A DNA stretch of 63,918 nucleotides, counting the filler, from Octopus bimaculoides (Eukaryota), in the NCBI RefSeq assembly GCF_001194135.2. It is 7 parts of 6 records of this genome, joined end to end, with 100 filler letters (N's around TTAATTAATTAA, not from the genome) between each part and the next. Parts side by side here need not be neighbours in the genome. Positions count along the whole stretch, not along the records: positions 22,480 to 37,352 come from NC_068999.1; 6 more parts are not named here. One strand, written 5' to 3'. The position numbers were made by a program, and so were the translations under genes. Within the stretch, counting starts at the first letter, position 1; every line of letters begins with the position of its first letter. The notes beneath the pieces were generated by a model that worked only from the letters and a program-made list of their open reading frames with translations, did not search any database and was not told the origin of the DNA. Positions 24,843-35,809 of the stretch are shown one piece after another.

Positions 24843-25111
24843 AAATGCCTCACTACTCGAAGATAACAGTTGGGGATTATCTTTCGGAGTGTTCCAAGTT
24901 ATGCATAGCTGAACGCGCGAAAATCCTATAAGACTTACTCGAATCGGGGAACATACTTAACTCCAGAACGGAGATTTTCAGGCTATGTTTACATTTCAGG
25001 AGGTTCCTGCTAACTTTTTGGAGTCCACAAGATGGCGGCACAGCCGGAAGTCGATAGCCAATAGCAAAAGGAGATAATCCCTAATTGTTACCTTTGAGTA
25101 GTGAGGCATTT
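24843..25111. mobile_element. MITE-like element with ~42-bp terminal inverted repeats
   Basis: AAATGCCTCACTACTCGAAGATAACAGTTGGGGATTATCT vs AGATAATCCCTAATTGTTACCTTTGAGTAGTGAGGCATTT. Confidence 0.75.
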
Positions 25112-25300
25112 TGGGATTTGACGATACGCCTCAAAGCTAAACCCTTTATGGACGAGAAGCCTTAGGTAATTCCAAAAACCAGCTCTCCCCATTTTTAATA
25201 TATATTGCTCTACATCTTAGCATGTGACTTCTTTCGGATTTATGTTTTTTACAAACGATATATATTTATATCTGTAAAAATATGTAACAATTATTCGGTA

Positions 25301-25370
25301 GTCATGATAAAACTCCGAGTTTCGGATGCCGGGGCGGAAACCCACGCCACCATCTCTTCAGTTATCTGGC
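25301..25370 (-). ncRNA. Type-I hammerhead ribozyme, copy 1 (sense to the PLE ORF)
   Basis: GAUAA-CUGAAGA-GAUG...CAUC-C-GAAAC-UCGGA-GUU-UUAUC on the minus strand. Confidence 0.8.
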
Positions 25371-26140
25371 CATTGAAAATTGCTTTGAAAATGACCGTTA
25401 AACAAAGAGAAATTACTGTGTGGTTGACCGTTATTAAGACAAAAGAGCTATTAGAATGACCGCTAAGTGAGGGGAGGGAGTAAAGGTAAGAGAGTAAAAA
25501 TATCCATAGTATTCGCGTAAGCGCATCAGTCCATACATACACATGCGCGCCCGCACATCCACGTATATACGCCTATATGTATATACTCATCCACCCTCGC
25601 TTGAAACACACACATGCTCACTCACACATTCGGCAATATATATATATATATATATATATACCTGCATACACGCTCACACACGCGCGCGCAACACGCTCGC
25701 ACCTATACACACGCGCGCAAAAAAGGTTCATAAATACGTCAATATACGCACATGCCCAAGAAAAAACAGGCTAAAGGCAAAATAGAGAAAAAAGTGGAAA
25801 AAGGTGTGAAAAGCTATAAGGGCAAAACGCGTCTATATGCGCACATTCTCGCATGCACGCACACACATCTATATACGCACATACCCGCACACACGCAAAC
25901 ATCCACAAGCGCGCACAAAAGGTTCCATGTACACGTCTATAGACGCACAGGAAAAAATCATGGTGGAAGGGAGAATACAGAAAAAATATGTGTAAAATAT
26001 ATACAAAACAACATCTCTATAAATATGTAAAAATATATATTAAAAATATATAAGAAATCTAAGTAAAATGTATAGAGACATAAAAAGCTTCTACATAGAC
26101 ACAATATAGAAAGCAAGTCCTATCAGTAATCTTGCGGGGA

Positions 26141-26338
26141 TCAAAAACGTAGCAAATATTTAGCCACATGTGAACATGATCCGAAGAGTTCAGTTCTTGA
26201 ATTTAGACAGGTGGCAGGGTCTAAGTTGCCTTCCCAGATGAGCCATCTTTCCATATCACAAAGACCGCACTTTCCGCTGCCGTTGGTGTAGGATTTACAC
26301 TTGGCTAAGATCTTCCAATGGGTGTTGTAACTGACACC
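26141..26338 (-). pseudogene. Penelope-type GIY-YIG endonuclease C-terminal fragment
   Basis: GVSYNTHWKILAKCKSYTNGSGKCGLCDMERWLIWEGNLDPATCLNSRTELFGSCSHVAKYLLRF*, fitting the PLE pattern W.IL....Y.....C.LC..E.......LN.R.E...C.H; parallels the peptide at 40805-41250. Confidence 0.8.
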
Positions 26339-26649
26339 TTATCTTTTAAAAGATAAAGGTATATTTTTAGATAAAGATTTATTTTTTGGCGAATGTGTGG
26401 GTGAGCATGTGTGTTTCAAGAGAGGGTGGATGAGTATATACATATAGGCGTATATACGTGGGTGTGCGGGCGCGCATGTGTATGTATGGACTGATGCGCT
26501 TACGCGAATACTATAGACATTTTTACTCCCTTACCTTTACTCCCTCCCCTCACTTAGCGGTTATTCTTATAGCTCTTTTGTCTTAATAACGGTCAACCAT
26601 ACATTAATTTCCCTTTGTTTAACGGTCATTTTCATAGCAATTTTCAATG

Positions 26650-26719
26650 GCCAGATAACTGAAGAGATAGCGGCGTGGGTTTCCGCCCCGGCATCCGAAA
26701 CTCGGAGTTTTATCATGGC
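26650..26719 (+). ncRNA. Type-I hammerhead ribozyme, copy 2
   Basis: Stem I GCCA-GAUAA / UUAUC-(A)-UGGC, core CUGAAGA 26659-26665 and GAAA 26697-26700, palindromic stem III ACUC-G-GAGU, predicted cleavage after GUU (26709). Confidence 0.8.
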
Positions 26720-26812
26720 TACCGAATAATTGTCACATATCATTTACAGATAAATTCCTCTATTTACATAATATCGAGGTCTCTCTCTTTCTTTTGTTGT
26801 GTNNNNNNNNNN

Positions 26813-26855
<43 letters not shown>

Positions 26856-26889
26856 TATAGATGTATATAAAGATAGACAATAGAAGCAT

Positions 26890-27330
26890 CTTTAAACTCC
26901 TGTGTGACTGATCCTGATTTCCAAATTAAGGCAAAAAGTTCACATATTTTGTTCAGCTGTTTTATGGCCTTTTTTTTATTTCAGCATTTGATCAAACAAC
27001 TGACATTAGAACGCAGCGCTTGGCACCAGTTCTACTTCTCCTCACATGAAAGATTTGAGCAAAGTCGACTCCAGCATCGGGACCAGCTTCGTGCAAGCAT
27101 GAAGGCACGCTGCCATAATGCTGCTCCTCTAAATGGAAACCTTATCTGTCATTGTGGTTTTGTGGCACGAAGCAAAGCAGGCCTTGCCGTTCACCCAAGG
27201 AAACACATAGTAAATGATCCACAAATACTCGACAAAAGTGAGTCCTAAACTTGCTTCATTTGCGAAAAGGTTTGCAAGGTACTAGCAGGCCTCAAGAGAC
27301 ACATTCATGCCCATAGAACATGATTATCAC
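26890..27330 (+). mobile_element. RTE-type LINE 3' remnant with two zinc-finger motifs
   Basis: RSAWHQ...FEQSR...LICHCGFVARSKAGLAVH, then TCFICEKVCKVLAGLKRHIH after a stop. Confidence 0.7.
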
Positions 27331-27378
27331 TTTATTTTACTGAATCGTCCTTTGTCGTTCACGACGAGAAAATCCATC

Positions 27379-27409
<31 letters not shown>

Positions 27410-27553
27410 TGTATGTATGTATGTATGTATGTATGTACACGTACGTATATGTGTATGTATGTATGTGTATCAATCATGTGTGTATAAATGTAAGCAAATA
27501 TCTGTTTTTTTAATTAGAAGCGTCGAAATGTGTACGATACAAATAAGATGATA

Positions 27554-27854
27554 TTTCGAGTGCAGAGTTGCCGTTAGAACAGCAGAAATACTGGGTAAAT
27601 TATCCTTACAAGGCGGAAAAATTTGTCAACAAGCAGCCATGGGACTTGCACTCATATCCCTCAAAGACTTCGGCTGGCAAATTCGTCCACCGAATTAGAC
27701 GCTAAATAGTTTAGCTTCATGGTAAAGTACTCATTCGGAGTCCTGGAGGAATATAGATTCGAATCTCAAGGTGGGTTGTTGACAAATTTTTCTGCCTTGT
27801 AAGGGTAATTTACCTAGTATTTTTGCTATTCAAATGGCAACTCTGCGTTCGAAA
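27554..27854. repeat. ~80-bp inverted repeat, probably two short SINE-like copies head to head
   Basis: 27554-27632 mirrors 27776-27854; the right copy is preceded by A-box/B-box-like TAGTTTAGC..TGGTAA and GATTCGAATC. Confidence 0.7.
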
Positions 27855-27875
27855 AAAGTATAATCTTCTTATGTA

Positions 27876-27974
<99 letters not shown>

Positions 27975-27999
27975 ATGTATGTATATAATGGTAATGTCA

Positions 28000-28078
28000 G
28001 GTCACGTATGAGGATCTCATGGTAACATGCAATCCAGTACAACCTGTTGCATGGTCGGGTTGCCGGCGACTAAACTGG
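28000..28078 (+). ncRNA. HDV-like (nested double pseudoknot) ribozyme candidate at the RTE 5' end
   Basis: P1 GGUCAC/AUGGUC, P2 CCAGU/ACUGG, P3 ACA/UGC (one mismatch), L3 ACCUGU with CC pairing GG (P1.1), short P4 UUG/CGA, J4/2 CUAA. RTE elements are known to carry HDV-like 5' ribozymes. Confidence 0.65.
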
Positions 28079-28765
28079 TACCCCCACCAGGCTACCCTGG
28101 TGAGGAGGGTTGCTAGAAACTCAGCAGGATTTTAAACAAGACCTGTTGAAAGCTCGGATGGACCTAGTGCAGGCTCAACGGCTATCTAGCAATAGCACGG
28201 TTACGCAGAAATTCCGGGATGGTGTCCGGCGTGCTGAAAGACCACCGGGAGTGAGGCGTCCCTCAGCTTTTGTTGAAGCATGTCTCTAGGAGAAGGTCAC
28301 TCTGATATAAAACCAAATATATGCAGGGAATGGCATTGGACATTTTGGGGATCTTTGGTCTGTGCTAGAGATTACGGCACTCCCACATCCCTGAGNNNNN
28401 NNNNNNNNNNNNNNNNNNNNNNNNNNNNNNNNNNNNNNNNNNNNNNNNNNNNNNNNNNNNNNNNNNNNNNNNNNNNNNNNNNNNNNNNNNNNNNNNNNNN
28501 NNNNNNNNNNNNNNNNNNNNNNNNNNNNNNNNNNNNNNNNNNNNNNNNNNNNNNNNNNNNNNNNNNNNNNNNNNNNNNNNNNNNNNNNNNNNNNNNNNNN
28601 NNNNNNNNNNNNNNNNNNNNNNNNNNNNNNNNNNNNNNNNNNNNNNNNNNNNNNNNNNNNNNNNNNNNNNNNNNNNNNNNNNNNNNNNNNNNNNNNNNNN
28701 NNNNNNNNNNNNNNNNNNNNNNNNNNNNNNNNNNNNNNNNNNNNNNNNNNNNNNNNNNNNNNNNN

Positions 28766-28870
28766 TTTTAGTATATATTTATCTTATTTTTAGTATATAT
28801 TTATCTTATTTTTAGTATATATTTATCTTATTTTTAGTATATATTTTCTTCATTTTTAGTATATTTTTTA
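28766..28870. repeat. ~22-bp minisatellite (TTTTAGTATATATTTATCTTAT), about 4 copies
   Basis: Directly visible tandem units next to a gap. Confidence 0.85.
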
Positions 28871-31800
28871 ATTTTTATTTTTTTATTCGGAAGTCTTGCG
28901 GCGATGGGAATGTGGTGAAGCATGCAGACCTGACGGTTTGGAAGCGTGTAGTCAGCGACCTGCACGTAGGTGGCCCATGCTAGATATAAAGTCGTCTCCT
29001 TGTCGCCCAAGACAGTGGTAGGATTCGGTTGCTGCATGGGTGTCTGAGCAGCTCCATTTGGAGAGGGCACTGCTCACCCGGAGACCGGGGAGATTCTAGA
29101 AAAGGTGAATCAAAAATTGCCTGTCTTTCCATATCTGGTCAGTTTAGCGCGACTGACGGATGTCGACCCTGCGCTCGAAAAACAAAGAGTCTTTTATTTA
29201 TTTATAAAATCTGGACGGAACTTAATCATTTCATATTGGAATGTGCACACTCTGTTGGACAACAAGAGTGATTGTAGGCCTGAAAGACGCACTGCACTTG
29301 TTGCTCGTGAGCTGAACCGTTATAAAATTGATATAGCTGCACTCTTAGAGAAGGTGATGGTCAGCTTGAGGAAGTAAGAGGTGGATACACCTTTTTTTGG
29401 AAAGGAAGGCAGAAGGAGGAGCGCAGAGAGGCTGGTGTTGGTTTTGCAGTCCGATTTGATATCCTTAAGAAGTTGGAAGAGCTCCTTGTTCCTATAAATG
29501 AACGTATAATGACGCTACGGCTTCACTTGAAAGGTAAGCGGTTTGCTACTCTAATAAGTGCCTATGCACCTACTTTGACTAGCTGTGATGAAGATAAAAC
29601 AATCTTTTATACCCAGCTGAGAGCCATACTTAGAAAAATCCCCAATTCTGATAAAGTCATTCTACTGGGGGATTTTAATGCCAGAGTTGGAACAGACTGG
29701 CAAACATGGAATTCTCTAAGACGTTTTGGAGTAGGGAAACTGAATAGCAATGGTCTTATGCTACTGGAGCTTTGCGAAGAACATGGACTTTACATCGCAA
29801 GCACTCATTTTATGCACAAAGGCGATCACACAACAACGTGGATGCATCCAAGGTCCAAATTTTGGCACTTTCTGGATTATGTCATCATCCGCAAGTGCAA
29901 CATTTATGACATTTGTAATGTCAAGTCCTTGCATGGATCAGAATTCTGGACAGACCACAATCTGGTGCGAGCAAAGTTCCGAATGGTAATTAGAGTGAAA
30001 GAGAGAAGAGGACCAGTCAGCAGTCAGCATTCCTCGCCGTCTAAATGTCCACAAGGTATAAGATGTTGTGGTTAGGAAAGAACTTCAGACGCGCTTGTCC
30101 AGCATTGAAACTGCTGCAGCATGGTAGGATTTTCGAGACCGGGTTCTACAATGTGCAGCCGAAACCCTGGGATATGTTACTGCCAGACACAGAGACTGGT
30201 TCGATGAGAATGATGCTGAAGTTCAGCGACTATTGGTGGTAAAGCGCCATGCTCACAGTGTATTACTACACAGAGAACTGTCTACTGTGAAGCGAAGTCT
30301 AGCACTTGCCCACTATAACAGTGTAAAATCACTACTGCAGTGATCTCTCTGGAAGATGCAGAACACTTGGTGGGAGGATCNNNNNNNNNNNNNNNNNNNN
30401 NNNNNNNNNNNNNNNNNNNNNNNNNNNNNNNNNNNNNNNNNNNNNNNNNNNNNNNNNNNNNNNNNNNNNNNNNNNNNNNNNNNNNNNNNNNNNNNNNNNN
30501 NNNNNNNNNNNNNNNNNNNNNNNNNNNNNNNNNNNNNNNNNNNNNNNNNNNNNNNNNNNNNNNNNNNNNNNNNNNNNNNNNAGTCTGGAGGGATGGTGCA
30601 ATCTCCAAGGACTAGAAGGATGCAATTATTCTTCCTCTATATAAAAGAAAAGGAGCCAGAACAATGTGTGGTAACTACAGAGGTATTGCTCTACTATCAG
30701 CTGCTGGCAAGGTTCTGGCAAATATTCTTCTTACCCGTCTGAATGGGTATCTCGTAAATGATGTCCTATCTGAATCTCAATGTGGCTTCCGATCTGGTAG
30801 AGGGACAATGGATATGATTTTCACAGCAAGACAGATGCAGAAGAAGTGCTATGAGCAGAATATGGATCTTGTCCAGGTTTTCATTGATTTAACAAAGACC
30901 TTTGATACTGTAAATAGGGCCTTTCTATGGAAAATGCTTGGCAAACTTGGATGTCCGGATCACTTTGTATCTACAGTTAAATCATTTCATGATGGGATGG
31001 AGGCTTGGGTCAATGTTGGTGGTGGCATGGCGGGACCCATTCCTGTAGAGAATGGTGTCAAGCAGGGTAACATCCTTGACCCAACTCTCTTTTCTTTGTA
31101 CTTTGCTGCTGCTTTTACTCATGCTTTTTCTAAGGTTAGTTCTCTGGGAATATATGTCAGATATCGATCTTCTGGCCGCCTCTTTAATCTTCGCCGATTT
31201 GCTGCCAATTCAAAGGTCCTCTAGTCTATTATTCGTGACCTCCTTTATGCAGATGACTGTGACTTAGTCACTCATACAGTGGATGACATGCAAATACTCA
31301 TGAACTGCATTTCTGCTTCTTGCAAAGCATTTGAACTTAGCATTAGCCTGGACAAGACTGTTGTAATGTTCTAGCCTGCACCAGGAAATCCATATGTTAA
31401 ACCAGTTATCTTGGTTTAAGTTAGTAAACAAGTTTGTCTACCTGGGCAGCACACTCAGCCGTTCTTGCTCCCTGGATGAGGAAATATCTTTCGGGTTGCA
31501 GAGAGCAACTAATTCCTTCCGGTCTCTTCAGTCTCGTGTCTAGTCCCAGCATGGCATCACAAGGCAAACAAAAGTTGCTGTGTACCGTTCATGTGTACTG
31601 ACATCGCTCCTCTATTCATGTGAGACATGGACTCTGTACAAACGTCAGGTAAGGGTCCTTGAACGCTTTCATCAGAGATGTCTCAGACACATTCTCAATG
31701 TTGACTGGACCTCAAAAAAAAAAAAAAAGAAAAAAAAGAAAAAGAAAATTCCAGACACACGGGTCCTGAGAACAGCTGATATCTTGAGTATTGAGGCAAT

Positions 31801-32603
31801 GGTGCACAAGCAACGGTTACGTTGGACTGGACACATTATTTGAATGAAGGATAGCAGGATTCCTAAGCAGATGCTATATGGAGAACTTGTGAATGGAAGG
31901 AGACTCCAGCAGAAACCAAGGCTGCGATTTAAGGACTGTGTCAAGTCCTCATTGAAGGCCTGTGATATTCAGGATACTGACTGGGAGAGCAATGCCTGTC
32001 ATCACCACAGATGGAGGAAGCAGGTTAAGGAGGGGATCGACACTTTTGAGAGAGCACGTATCCAGCATGAAGAACTTAAGCGAGCTGCGCGAAAGCGCAC
32101 GACTCGTATAGTGAATGGGGAAAGCTTGGTCTGCAATGTTTGCAGTCGTGTATGCTTGTCAAGAGCAGGGCTCATTAGCCACCAACGGAGCCGCAAATGC
32201 AAAATATAAGTTAGTCTTAGAGCGCACAATGTTCCTGAAGGTCGGAAATGGTCTTCCTCGGTCACGAATGGACGACCATCATATAATGGTAATCTTTCGT
32301 GCCTCGAAAAAGACGGTCCTGCAGTTTTTTGCTGAATGACCTGCACGAATGATTTGTTTACTATGCTCACTCACTCCATCAAATCGACATTGCCTTCATA
32401 CCACACGTCGGGTGTCGATGTGGTCGCAGACCAACGTGAAATGAAATGTTTTGCTCAAGAACACAACGCACCACCCGGTCCAGGGACTGAAACCACGATC
32501 TTGGCGTATTTTATAGGTAAATGGAGTATTTTATAAACATGCCTGTTCAAGTATCATAATAGCATGAATCTATTGGTAGCTTTTTGGTTGTGTATTTAAT
32601 TTG

Positions 32604-32670
<67 letters not shown>

Positions 32671-32673
<3 letters not shown>

Positions 32674-33880
32674 CATATAACCGTGTGTGGATAGAGATGC
32701 AGCAGGTGTTGCAGTTGTATGGAGTAGATGGTAGATTGTCGAGAGCGATACAAAATGTTTACAGAGAAAGTAAGGCGTGCATTATGGTGGGTGGTAAAGT
32801 AAGTGAGTGGTTTGTTGTGAAGGTGGGGTTAAAACAGGGTTGTGTGATGTCTCCGTGGTTGTTTGATTTATATATGGATGATGTGGTGAGAAAGGTGAAT
32901 GCTAGAACCTTTGGTAGGGGAGCCCAAATGGTAGGAGAAAATGAAGAGAAATGGCAGGTGAGTCAGTTGTTTGCTGGTAGTGGATTCGGGAGAGCGACTG
33001 AAGAGACTGATGGTAGAGTTTGGAAGAGTGTGTGTGAGGAGGAAACTGGAAGTGAATGCCGCTAAGAGTAAGATGATGAGACGTTCGAGAGATGGAATGG
33101 CAGGTAGGATGGATGTGAATATAAATGGAGAGATGTTAGAGAAGGTAAGTGTTTTTAAGTATCTGGGATCACATGTGACGGCGGATGTGGGGTTGGCTGA
33201 GGAAGTGGGATACAGAGTGAAAGGTACGCTGAGAGATAAAAGGTTGAGTATGAAAGCCAAAAGAGGTGTGTATGGAGGCGTGATTGTGCTGATAATGTTA
33301 TATGGTGAAGAGACGTGGGGGCTGAGAGAGGTGGAAAGTAGGTGACTCGATGTGTTTGAGATGAGATGTTTGAGGGCTATCGTTGGTGTGACACGGATGA
33401 GGAATGAGGAGGTGCGAAGGCGAGTAGGAATGAGAAAAGAAAAACTAACAACCAAAATGGATAGACGAATGTTGAGGTGGTTTGGCCACATGGAGAGGAT
33501 GGATGGTGAGTGGATGGTAAGGAGGGTGATGAAGGCAGAAGTGGTAGGTAGCAGAACCAAAGGCAGACCTCGGTTTGTATGGATGGATTGAGTGAGCAAA
33601 GCTTTAGTGGTTAAAGGTGTTGGAGTGAGAGAGGCAACAGAGTTTATAAATCATAGGAGAGCTTGGAGAGTGTTTCTGGACGGATGAGTGAATTTGATGT
33701 TGCTCAAAGGGGTACGGAACCAATATCGTCGGAGGTAAATCAGCATATGCTGTTGGGCTCCGCTGATGATACTGGGGGTTGCATTCTATGCCTTGACCCA
33801 AGCATAGGCCGGGCTCACCTCTTTGAGCTGGGAAATGAATGGAATGCCTGGTGTGTGTCTTGCTAAAAATGTGGAATAGG
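32671..33880 (+). mobile_element. 5'-truncated RTE-type LINE of a second family (RT to 3' UTR)
   Basis: VKVGLKQGCVMSPWLFDLYMD, LEVNAAKSK, FKYLGS, LYGEETW, LRWFGHMERM, GRPR; G-rich strand. Confidence 0.85.
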
Positions 33881-33917
33881 CGTGGGTACATATATATATA
33901 CATACATACATACATTC

Positions 33918-33997
<80 letters not shown>

Positions 33998-34053
33998 CAC
34001 GCACACACATATACGAATGACAAAATATACAGATCCACACAAGTAGTGACATG

Positions 34054-35420
34054 CATGCTAACACATATACATATGATATAGGATGAGAAGAGAAAATGTG
34101 TATAGTTGTGGAAATCAGCTGCACAGAGGATGTTAACATAAAGCTAAAGATCAGCGGAAAAGAAAATACCTACGCTGAACTATTGAGAAATCTACAGTTA
34201 CTCTATCCACTTGGATAAGCGATGATCCAACACAGTCAAATGATTGAAACAAATAAAAGAATAATACAATAAAAGAATACATAATACATACATACATACA
34301 TACATACATACATACATAAATGCATGCATGCATACATACATACATACATACATACATACATAATACATACATACATACAAAACAAAGCACCTGTAACAAA
34401 ACACGTGTCACGAGAGAATATTACAGCCGAATAAAGAAAATTTGAACCTCAGAACTCTCTGCATTCAATAAAACAGTGGTCCACAATGTGTTTGCAGTGC
34501 CAGTACTCATACCAACATTTGGGCTGCTTTGATTGGACGCTTGATGAGATCCGAGTCATTGATGTCAAGACCCGAAAAATACTAACAAGCACATATAATT
34601 TCCACATAACAGTAACGTAGACCGCCTTTACCTAAAACAAAAAGACAAAGCTGAAGCGGCTTAACATCGCTTCAAAATGCCTTTGAATGTCATATCATAT
34701 CTCTTCGGCAACATCTATCTTTTAACCACGAAGTGTAGAAGTGCAGCCCTTGACCAAGTTTGCATACATGAGGCTGATAACATCATAAGACTTCGAAGGC
34801 AGCTCCTTGAGCAACATTCCTTGTCTAATAACCTAGAATACATGCCCAAAGAAGTCGCACGACTCTACTGCAACGTATTATCAGATAAAAGGATGAGCAT
34901 ATATGAGCAGAAGACTATGCATGGATATGTTAGTAGAAAGCTCCGAAATGATCGTAACATAGTAGGGTTATAATAAAAAGGAGTACTGGTGGAATGTCCC
35001 AGTGAAAACCTCAATAACATGTAAGCACAACAGATTTGATATAATGATTTGGGATGGGTAAGAGAAATTGTGTACAGTAGTGGAAATTAGCTGCCCAGCA
35101 GATGTAAACATAAAGCTGAAGATCAGTGGAAAAAGAGAATACCTACGCTGAACTATTGAGAAATCTGCAGTTACTCTATTCAGATTACAAGTTCTGGTTT
35201 ATATCTGTAATTGTTGGGGCCCTAGGATATGTAGCACACTGCCTAAATACCAATCTTGAGAAATTAGGCTTTTCAAAACCAGAAGGAAGAAGGCTAATTC
35301 GAAGACTACTGATCCAATCCATCACTGGAACTGTAAAACTTAGTGAAACTTTTCAGAAGTTTATCATTTAAATATCTATGAGCATGTCTAGATATGCAAC
35401 TATATGCATGAGAATACATA
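34054..35420 (+). mobile_element. R4/REL-type LINE remnants: short duplicated 3' piece at ~34054-34210 plus internally deleted copy ~34400-35420
   Basis: IDVKTRKILT...VDRLYLK (post-RT region); EISCPADVNIKLKI...YAELLRNLQLLY...VIVGALG (REL C-terminus). ~34090-34207 is nearly repeated at ~35053-35178. Confidence 0.75.
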
Positions 35421-35559
35421 CCTAAAATAAAACATACAAATCTGCACTTATACATACATACATACATACATACATACATACATACATACATACATGTATT
35501 TTCCCTTTCTCTTTTAAATTTAGAATAAAATTTGACCAGCTCCCTATTTGGTAGCAAGG

Positions 35560-35800
35560 TTGTGAAGGAAAGCATCTTGTTTTTACTGTCATCCTTTAAG
35601 TCAAAGAAAGTCTTGCAGATTTTTATAGTCTCAGATATCGCAATCATTTGTATCATATGAATTAAGGATTTGCATTCTCTCTCCAAGAACCTAAGTTCAG
35701 GCCTACTGTGCTCCAGACGGGTTGGGATGTATCTTGTTGCTCCGATAATAATGGATATGAAGTTGAAAGTGTATCTTGGATACTGGATTTGCAAACTCCT
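35560..35800 (-). mobile_element. REL-type LINE 3' remnant, related family, opposite strand
   Basis: IRSLQIQYPRYTFNFISIIIGATRYIP...IQMIAISETIKICKTF parallels the plus-strand remnant. Confidence 0.7.
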
Positions 35801-35809
35801 TATCAATGG

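Larger units (their letters stand above)
25269..26753 (-). mobile_element. 5'-truncated Penelope-like element with inverted ~370-bp pseudo-LTRs
   Basis: Arms 25269-25636 and 26386-26753 are inverted copies, each carrying a hammerhead; the spacer encodes a GIY-YIG C-terminal fragment on the minus strand. Confidence 0.85.
27996..32280 (+). mobile_element. Full-length, disabled RTE-clade LINE (APE endonuclease, RT, C-terminal C2H2 finger) with 13-bp TSD
   Basis: APE motifs WNVHTL, AYAPT, LGDFNARVG, LDYV, DHNLV (29200-30000); RT motifs QCGFRSGRGT, FIDLTKTFD, GVKQG, YADD (30600-31300); CNVCSRVCLSRAGLISHQR; many stops and frameshifts; ATATAATGGTAAT at 27983-27995 and 32281-32293. Confidence 0.9.

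Noticed and set aside
28766-28870. CRISPR-like regular repeats (also 45535-45704)
   Set aside because: Tandem units without unique spacers, no cas genes, eukaryotic context.
29473-32209. RTE ORF fragments as functional host genes
   Set aside because: Multiple stops and frameshifts inside a TSD-bounded retroelement.
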